From: Eledone cirrhosa
Taxonomy: Eukaryota
DNA: 64,000 nt
Direction of reading: 5' to 3'
NCBI GenBank assembly: GCA_964016885.1
Contig: OZ024740.1
Span: 251,968,001 to 252,032,000 of the forward strand
The translations under genes were made by a program, and so were the position numbers. How positions within the stretch are numbered: the first letter of the stretch is position 1; every line of letters starts with the position of its first letter. Below, one piece after another: positions 56,652 through 64,000 of the stretch. The notes beneath the pieces are model-generated. The model was not told the DNA's origin, searched no databases, and saw only the letters and a list, made by a program, of their open reading frames with translations.

Positions 56652-56764
56652 TAAAGTAAATTAAATTAAATTAAATTAAATTAAATTAAAAAACGAAACG
56701 AAACCGGTATACCTAAAAAAACAAACGAGAAGAAACCGGGAAACCTAAAAAATCGAACGAAACG
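56652..56764 (+). repeat. AT-rich cassette 1 (internally deleted)
   Basis: (TAAAT)n is fused directly to the AAAAAACGAAACGAAACCGG linker; the central and right-arm portions are missing. Confidence 0.88.
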
Positions 56765-57027
56765 AAATTATCTCCCCTTGGCCTGCTGGAAATTATCTCT
56801 CCTTGGCCGGCTGAAAATTATCTCCCCTTGGCTAGCTGGAAATTATCTCCCCTTGGCCGGCTGAAAATTATCTCCCTTTGGCCGGCTGGATACTATCTCC
56901 CCTTGGTCAGCTAGAAATTATCTCCCCTTGGCCGGCTGGAAATTATCTCCCCTTGGCCGGCTGGAAATTATCTCCTCTTCGCCGGCTGGAAATTATCTCG
57001 CCTTGGCCGGCTGGAAATTATCTCCTC

Positions 57028-57330
57028 TAAATTAAATTAAATTAAATTAAATTAAATTAAATTAAATCAAATTAATTAAATTAATTAATTAATTAATTTT
57101 ATTTTTTTTATTCTAATTATTTTTATTTTTTTTATTAATTACGTTATTAATTAATTAATTAATTATGTTAATTGATTTTATTTCAATCCAATGAAATTTA
57201 ATTTAATTTAATTTAATATAATTTAATTTAATTTAATTTAATTTTATTTTATTTAAAAAACGAAACGAAACCGGGGTACCAAAAAAACGAACGAAAAGAA
57301 ACCGGGGAACCTAAAAAATCGAACGAAATG
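57028..57330 (+). repeat. AT-rich quasi-palindromic cassette 2 (body type 1)
   Basis: (TAAAT)n-(TAAT)n-T-rich loop-TACGT-(TAAT)n-(ATTTA)n-linker x2; carries TTCTAA and CAATCCAATG. Confidence 0.92.
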
Positions 57331-58517
57331 AAATTATCTCCCCTTGGCTTGCTGTAAATTATCTCAACTCGGCCGGCTGGATACTATCTCCCCTTGCCCG
57401 GCTGGAAATTATCTCCCTTTAGCCGGCTGGAAATTATCTGCCCTTGGCCGGCTGGATAATATCTCCCCTTGGCCGGCTGGAAATTATGTTCTCTTGGCCG
57501 GCTGGAAATTATCTCCCCTTGGCCGGCTGGAAATTATCTCCCCTTGGCCGGCTGGAAATTATCTCCCCTTGGCCGGCTGGATATTATCTGCCCTTGGCCG
57601 GCTGGATGTTATCTCCCCTTGGCCAGCTAGAAATTATCTCCCTTTGGCCGGCTGGAAATTATCTTCTCTTGGCCGGCTGGAAATTATCTCCCTTTGGCCG
57701 GCTGGATATTATCTCCCCTTGGTCGGCTGGATATGATCTCCCCTTGGCCGGCTGGAAATTATCTCCCCTTGGCCGTTGGAAATTATCTCCCCTTGGCCGG
57801 CTGGAAATTATCTCCCCTTGGCCGTCTGGAAATTATCGCCCCTTGGCCGGCTGGATGTTATGTCTCCTTGGCCGGCTGGATATTATCTCCCCTTGGCCGG
57901 CAGGAAATTATATCCCCTTGGCCGGCTGGAAATAATCTTCCCTTGGCCGGCCGGAAATTATCTCCCTTTGGCCGGCTGGATATTATCTCCCCTTGGCTGG
58001 CTTGAAATTATCTCCCCTTGGCCGGCTGGATATTATCTCCCCTCGGCCGGCCGGAAATTATCTCCCCTTGGCCGTCTGGAATTTATCTCCCCTTGGCCGG
58101 CGGGATATTATCTCCGCTTGGCCGGCTGGATATTATTTCCCCTTGGCCGACTGGAAATTATCTCCGCTTGGGCGGCGGGATATTATCTCCCCTTGGCCGG
58201 CTGGAAGTCATCTCCCCTTGGCCGGCTGGAAATTATCTCGCCTTGGCCGACTGGAATTTAGCTCCCCTTGGCCGGCTGGAAATATACTCCCCTTGGCCGG
58301 CTGGAAATATATTCCCCTTGGCCGGCTGGAAATTATCTCCTCTTGGCCGGCTGGATATTATCTCCCCTTGGCCGGCTGGATATTATCTCCCCTCGGCCGG
58401 CTGGAAATTATCTCCCCTTGGCCGGCTGGAATTTATCTCCCCTTGGCCGGCTGGATTTTATACCCCGTTGGCCGGCTGGTAATAATCTCCCCTTGCCCGG
58501 CTCGAAAATATCTCCCC

Positions 58518-58844
58518 TAAATTAAATTAAATTAAATTAAATCTAATTAATTAAATTAATTAATTAATTATATTTTTTTTATTTTATTTATTTTTATTTT
58601 TTTTTATTAATTACGTTATTAATTAATTAATTATGTAAATTGATTTTATTTCAATTTAATGTTATTTCATTTCATTTAATTTAATTTAATTTAATTTAAT
58701 TTAATTTACTTTAAATCAATTTAATTTAATCTAATTTAATTTAAGTTAATTTTATTTTATTTTATTTCAAAAACGAAACGAAACCCGTGTACCTAAAAAA
58801 ACAAACGAAAAGAAACCGGGGAACCTAAAAAATCGAACGAAACG
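58518..58844 (+). repeat. AT-rich quasi-palindromic cassette 3 (body type 2)
   Basis: Same layout; carries ATGTAAATTG and TTTACTTTAA. Confidence 0.92.
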
Positions 58845-59256
58845 AAATTATCTCCCCTTGGCCTGCTGGAAATTATCTTCCCTTGGCCGGCTTGATATTA
58901 TCTCCCCTTGGCAGGCTGGAAATTATCTCCCCTTGGCCGACTGGAAATTATCTCTCCTTGGGCGGCGGGATATTATCTCCCCTTGGCCGGCTGGAAGTTA
59001 TCTCCCCTTGGCCAGCTGGAAATTATCTCGCCTTGGCCGGCTGGAATTTAGCTCTCCTTGGCCGGCTGGAAATATACTCCCCTTGGCCGGCTGGAAATAT
59101 ACTCCCCTTGGCCGGCTGGAAATTATCTCCTCTTGGCCGGCTGGATATTATCTCCCCTTGGCTGCTGGATATTATCTCCCCTTGGCCAGCTGGAAATTAT
59201 CTCCACTTGGCCGGCTGCAAATTATCTCCTCTTGGCCAGCTGGAAATTATCTCCCC

Positions 59257-59548
59257 TAAATTAAATTAAATTAAATCAAATTAATTAAATTAATTAATTA
59301 ATTGATTATATTTTTTTTATTTTATTTATTTTAATTTTTTTTTAATTACGTTATTAATTAATTAATTAATTATGTAAATTGATTTTATTTTAATTTAATT
59401 TAATTTAATTTAATTTAATTTACTTTAATTCAATTTAATTTAATTTTATTTAATTTTATTTTATTTTATTTAAAAAACGAAACGAAACCGGGGCACCTAA
59501 AAAAATAAACGAAAAGAAACCGGGGAACCTAAAAAATCGAACGAAATG
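59257..59548 (+). repeat. AT-rich quasi-palindromic cassette 4 (body type 2)
   Basis: Same layout; ATGTAAATTG and TACTTTAATTCAA; ends GAAATG. Confidence 0.92.
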
Positions 59549-60436
59549 AAATTATCTCCCCTTGGCTTGCTGGAAATTATCTCAACTCGACCGGCTGGAT
59601 ACTATCTCCCCTTGGCCGGCTGGAAATTATCTCCCCTTAGCCGGCTGGAAATTATCTCCCATTGGCCGGCTGGATATTATCTCCCCTTGGCCGGCTGGAT
59701 GTTATCTCCCCTTGGCCAGCTAGAAATTATCTCCACTTGGCCGGCTGGAAATTATCTTCTCTTGGCCGGCTGGAAATTATCTCCCTTTGGCCGGCTGCAT
59801 ATTATCTCCCCTTGGCCGGCTGGATATGATCTCCCCTTGGCCGGCTGGAAATTATCTCCCCTTGGCAGGTTGGAAATTATCTCCCCTTGGCCGGCTGGAA
59901 ATTATCTCCCCTTGGCCGGCTGGAAATAATCTCCCCTTGGCCGGCCGCAAATTATCTCCCTTTGGCCGGCTGGATATTATCTCCGCTTGGCCGGCTGGAA
60001 ATTATCTCCCCTTGGCTTGCTGGAAATTATCTCAACTCGGCCGGCTGGATACTATCTCCCCTTGGCCGGCTGGATATTATCTCCCCTTAGCCGGCTGGAA
60101 TTTATCTCCCCTTGGCCGGCTGGATATTATCTCCACTTGGTCGGCTGGAAATTCTCTTCTCTTGGCCGGCTGGAAATTATCTCGCCTTGGCCGGCTGGAA
60201 ATTATCTCCCCTTGGCCGGCTGGATATTATCTCCCCTTGGCCAGCTAGAAATTATCTCCCCTTGGCCGGCTGGAAATTATCTTCTCTAGGCCGGCTGGAA
60301 ATTATATCCCTTTGGCCAGCTGGAAGTTATCTCCCCTTGGCTGGCTGGATATTATCTCCCATTGGCCCACTGGAAATTATCTCCCCTTAACCGGCTGGAA
60401 ATTATCTCCCCTTGACCGGCACGAAATTATCTCCCC

Positions 60437-60744
60437 TAAAGTAAATTAAATCAAATTAATTAAATTAATTAATTAATTATTTATATTTTTTTTATTTTAT
60501 TTATTTTATTTTTTTTATTAATTACGTTATTAATTAATTAATTAATTATGTAAATTGATTTTATTTCAATTTAATGTAATTTAATTTAATTTAATTTAAT
60601 TTACTTTAATTCAATTTAATTTAATTCAATTTAATTTAATTTAATTTTATTTTATTTTATTTCATTTAAAAAACGAAACGAAACCGGTATACCTAAAAAA
60701 ACAAACGAAAAGAAACCGGGGAACCTAAAAAATCGAACGAAACG
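60437..60744 (+). repeat. AT-rich quasi-palindromic cassette 5 (body type 2)
   Basis: Same layout; shares the TAAAGTAAA start and ACCGGTATACC linker with cassette 1. Confidence 0.92.
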
Positions 60745-61031
60745 AAATTATCTCCCCTTGGCCTGCTGGAAATTATCTCCCCTTGGCCGGCTGGAAATTA
60801 TCTCCCCTTGGCCGGCTCGAAATTATCTCCCATTAGCTGGCTGGAAATTATCTCCCCTTGGCCGGCTGGAAATTATCTCCCCTTGGCCGTCTGGAAATCA
60901 TCGCCCCTTGGCCGGCTGGATTTATGTCCCCTTGGCCGGCTGGATATTATCTCCCCTTGGCCAGCTGGAAATTATCTCCACTTGGCCGGCTGCAAATTAT
61001 CTCCTCTTGGCCAGCTGGAAATTATCTCCCC

Positions 61032-61267
61032 TAAATTAAATGAAATTAAATTAAATTAAATCAAATTAATTAATTTAATTAATTAATTAATTTTATTTTT
61101 TTTATTCTAATTATTTTTATTTTTTTTTATTAATTACTTAATTAATTATGTTAATTGATTTTATTTCAATCCAATGTAATTTAATTTAATTTAATTTAAT
61201 TTAATTTTATTTTATTTTATTTAAAAAACGAAATAAAATCGCGGTACCTAAAAAAACAAACGAAACG
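61032..61267 (+). repeat. AT-rich quasi-palindromic cassette 6 (body type 1, single linker copy)
   Basis: Same layout, with a small deletion around the central TACGT and one linker unit. Confidence 0.9.
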
Positions 61268-61580
61268 AAATTATCTCCCCTTGGTCTGCTGGAAATTTTC
61301 TCCCCTTGGCCGGCTGGATATTATCTCCCCTTGGCCGACTGCAAATTATCTTCTCTTGGCCGGCTGGAAATTATCTCCCTTTGGCCGGCTGGAAATTATC
61401 TCCCCTTGGCCGGCTGGAAATTATCTCCCATTGGCTGGCTGGAAATTATCATCCCTAGGCCGGCTGGGAATTAACTCCACTTGGCTGGCTAGAAACTATC
61501 TTCCCTTGGCCGGCTGGATATTATCTCCCCTTGGCCGGCTAGAAATAATCTCCCCTTAGCCGGCTCGAAATTATCTCCCC

Positions 61581-61879
61581 TAAATTAAATTAAATTAAAT
61601 TAAATTAAATCAAATTAATTAAATTAATTAATTAATTAATTTTATTTTTTTTATTCTAATTATTTTTATTTTTTTTATTAATTACGTTATTAATTAATTA
61701 ATTAATTATGTTAATTGATTTTATTTCAATCCAATGTAATTTAATTTAATTTAATTTAATTTAATTTTATTTTATTTTATTTTATTTTATTTTATTTTAT
61801 TTAAAAAACGAAACGAAACCGGGGTACCTAAAAAAACGAACGAAAAGAAACCGGGGAACCTAAAAAATCGAACGAAATG
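61581..61879 (+). repeat. AT-rich quasi-palindromic cassette 7 (body type 1)
   Basis: Same layout; GGGGTACC linker; ends GAAATG. Confidence 0.92.
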
Positions 61880-62417
61880 AAATTATCTACCCTTGGCTTG
61901 CTGGAAATTATCTCAACTCGGCCGGCTGGATACTATCTCCCCTTGGCCGGCTGGAAATTATCTCCCCTTAGCCGGCTGGAAATTATCTCCCCTTGGCCGG
62001 CTGGATAATATCTCCCCTTGGCCGGCTGGAAATTATGTTCTCTCGGCCGGCTGGAAATTATCTCCCCTTGGCCGGCTGGAAATTATCTCCCCTTGGCCGG
62101 CTGGATATTATCTCCCCTTGGCCGGCTGGATGTTATCTCCCCTTGGCCAGCTAGAAATTATCTCCCCTTGGCCGGCTGGAAATTATCTTCCCTTGGCCGG
62201 CTGGAAATTATCTCACTTTGGCCGGCTGGATATTATCTCCCCTTGGCCGGCTGGATGTTATGTCCCCTTGGCCGGCTGGATATTATCTCCCCTTGGCCGG
62301 CAGGAAATTATATCCCCTTGGCCGGCTGGAATTTATCTCCCCTTGGCCGGCTGGAATTTATCTCCCCTTGGTCGGCTGGAATTTATATCCCCTTGCCCGG
62401 CTCGAAAATATCTCCCC

Positions 62418-62783
62418 TAAATTAAATTAAATTAAATTTAATTAAATCAAATTAATTAAATTAATTAATTAATTAATTATATTTTTTTTATTTTATCTAT
62501 TTTTTTTTTTTTTGATTACGTTATTAATTAATTAATTAATTATGTAAATTGATTTTATTTCAATTTAATGTAATTTAATTTAATTTAATTTAATTTACTT
62601 TAATTCAATTCAATTTAATTTAATTTAATTTAATGTAATTTACTTTAATTCAATTTAATTTAATTTAATTTAATTTAATTTAATTTAATTTTATTTTATT
62701 TCATTTAAAAAACGAAACGAAACCGGTGTGCCTAAAAAAACAAAAGAAAAGAAACCGGGGTACCTAAAAAATCAAACGAAACG
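62418..62783 (+). repeat. AT-rich quasi-palindromic cassette 8 (body type 2, expanded right arm)
   Basis: Same layout; the TACTTTAATTCAATT segment occurs twice. Confidence 0.92.
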
Positions 62784-62896
62784 AAATTATCTCCCCTTGG
62801 CCTGCTGGATATTATCTCCCCTTGGCCAGCTGGAAATAATCTCCCCTTGGCCGGCTGGAAATTATGTCCCCTTGGCCGGCTCGAAATTATCTCCCC

Positions 62897-63194
62897 TAAA
62901 TTAAATTAAATTAAATTAAATTAAATTAAATCAAATTAATTAAATTAATTAATTAATTAATTTTATTTTTTTATTCTAATTATTTTTATTTTTTTTATTA
63001 ATTACGTTATTAATTAATAAATTAATTATGTTAATTGATTTTATTTCAATCCAATGTAATTTAATTTAATTTAATTTAATTTTATTTTATTTTATATTAT
63101 TTTATATTATTTTATATAAAAAACGAAACAAAACCGAGGTGCCTAAAAAAACAAACGAAAAGAAACCGGGGAACCTAAAAAATCAAACGAAACG
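62897..63194 (+). repeat. AT-rich quasi-palindromic cassette 9 (body type 1)
   Basis: Same layout, with (TTTTTATATTA)-type variants before the linker. Confidence 0.92.
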
Positions 63195-63482
63195 AAATTA
63201 TCTCCCCTTGGCCGGCTGGATATTATCTCCCCTTGGCCGACTGCAAATTATCTTCTCTAGGCCGGCTGGAAATTATCTCCCCTTGGCCGGCTGGAAATTA
63301 TCTCCCATTGGCTGGCTGGAAATTATCACCCCTAGGCCGGCTGGGAATTAACTCCACTTGGCTGGCTAGAAACTATCTTCCTTTGGCCGGCTGGATATTA
63401 TCTCCCCTTGGCCGGCTGGAAATAATCTCCCCTTGGCCGGCTGGAAATTATGTCCCCTTAGCCGGCTCGAAATTATCTCCCC

Positions 63483-63793
63483 TAAATTAAATTAAATTAA
63501 ATCAAATTAATTAAATTAATTAATTAATTAATTTTATTTTTTTTATTCTAATCATTTTTATTTTTTTTATTAATTACGTTATTAATTAATTAATTAATTA
63601 TGTTAATTGATTTTATTTCAATCCAATGTAATTTAATTTAATTTAATTTAATTTAATTTAATTTAATTTTATTTTATTTTATTTAAAAAACGAAACGAAA
63701 CCGGGGTACCTAAAAAAACGAACGAAAAGAAACCGGGGTACCTAAAAAAACGAACGAAAAGAAACCGGGGAACCTAAAAAATCGAACGAAATG
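63483..63793 (+). repeat. AT-rich quasi-palindromic cassette 10 (body type 1, three linker copies)
   Basis: CCGGGG at 63701, 63733 and 63765 (32-bp period). Confidence 0.92.
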
Positions 63794-64000
63794 AAATTAT
63801 CTCCCCTTGGCTTGCTGGAAATTATCTCAACTCGGCCGGCTGGATACTATCTCCCCTTGGCCGGCTGGAAATTATCTCCCCTTGGCCGGCTGGATAATAT
63901 CTCCCCTTGGCCGGCTGGAAATTATGTTCTCTTGGCCGGCTGGAAATTATCTCCCCATGGCCGGCTGGAAATTATCTCCCCTTGGCCGGGTGGATATTAT

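Larger units (their letters stand above)
56401..64000 (+). repeat. Composite satellite: diverged 25-bp monomer AAATTATCTCCCCTTGGCCGGCTGG in runs separated by AT-rich cassettes
   Basis: GGCCGGCT replaces GGACGGCT, B monomers are absent, and point variants are much more frequent. Runs between cassettes are about 10, 47, 16, 35, 11, 12, 21, 4 and 11 monomers (from coordinates). Confidence 0.96.

Noticed and set aside
104-63490. Well over a hundred + strand ORFs of 60-175 aa (YKLSPPDFF, GRLEIISPW repeats)
   Set aside because: They are translations of the 25/27-bp monomers, mostly with TTG starts, overlapping in multiple frames and broken by T-tract length changes. No recognisable domain or frame conservation.
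56645-63490. CCCTAAA (plant-type telomere motif) at cassette starts
   Set aside because: Single copies formed by the core's C run meeting (TAAAT)n; never tandem.
56652-63793. Calling the AT cassettes MITE/foldback transposons
   Set aside because: The inverted arms are low-complexity and not terminal (the linker lies outside), all copies share one phase consistent with co-amplification, and no transposase is present. Kept only as a hypothesis.
1-64000. CRISPR-like constant repeat with variable spacers
   Set aside because: The core is only 13 bp, the spacers are 12-17 bp and belong to a few repeated classes rather than being unique, and there are no cas genes or leader.
1-64000. Pure sequencing or assembly artefact
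   Set aside because: Private variants and homopolymer lengths recur at consistent multi-kb periods with nested structure, which stutter would not produce. Exact HOR copy number still needs read support.
1-64000. NF-kB/Rel sites in GGAAATTATCTCCCC
   Set aside because: Half-site spacing does not fit the GGGRNNYYCC consensus.

Overview
The whole 64-kb window is non-coding tandem-repeat (satellite) DNA in one orientation. I found no credible gene, RNA gene, CRISPR array or autonomous mobile element; the listed ORFs are read-throughs of the repeat. Everything is built on one 13-bp core, AAATTATCTCCCC, followed by one of a few spacer types. Domain 1 (1-56400) alternates blocks of a 25-bp GC-richer A monomer (core+TTGGACGGCTGG) with blocks of a 26-30-bp B monomer (core+CTGA-T7-11-AC). 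These blocks are organised into nested, near-identical higher-order repeats (about 5.7, 4.6, 10.11, 3.87, 2.1, 1.67 and 5.1 kb), with a younger central layer between two related flanks. At 56401 the array switches within the core to domain 2 (56401-64000). Domain 2 is a more diverged 25-bp C monomer (core+TTGGCCGGCTGG) interrupted ten times, always at the same phase, by an AT-rich quasi-palindromic cassette plus a 32-bp A-rich sub-repeat. The architecture resembles the edge of a eukaryotic centromeric/pericentromeric or telomere-associated satellite array, but organism and function cannot be determined from this sequence. Periods come from hand-read marker variants and ORF-track offsets; HOR boundaries are approximate.
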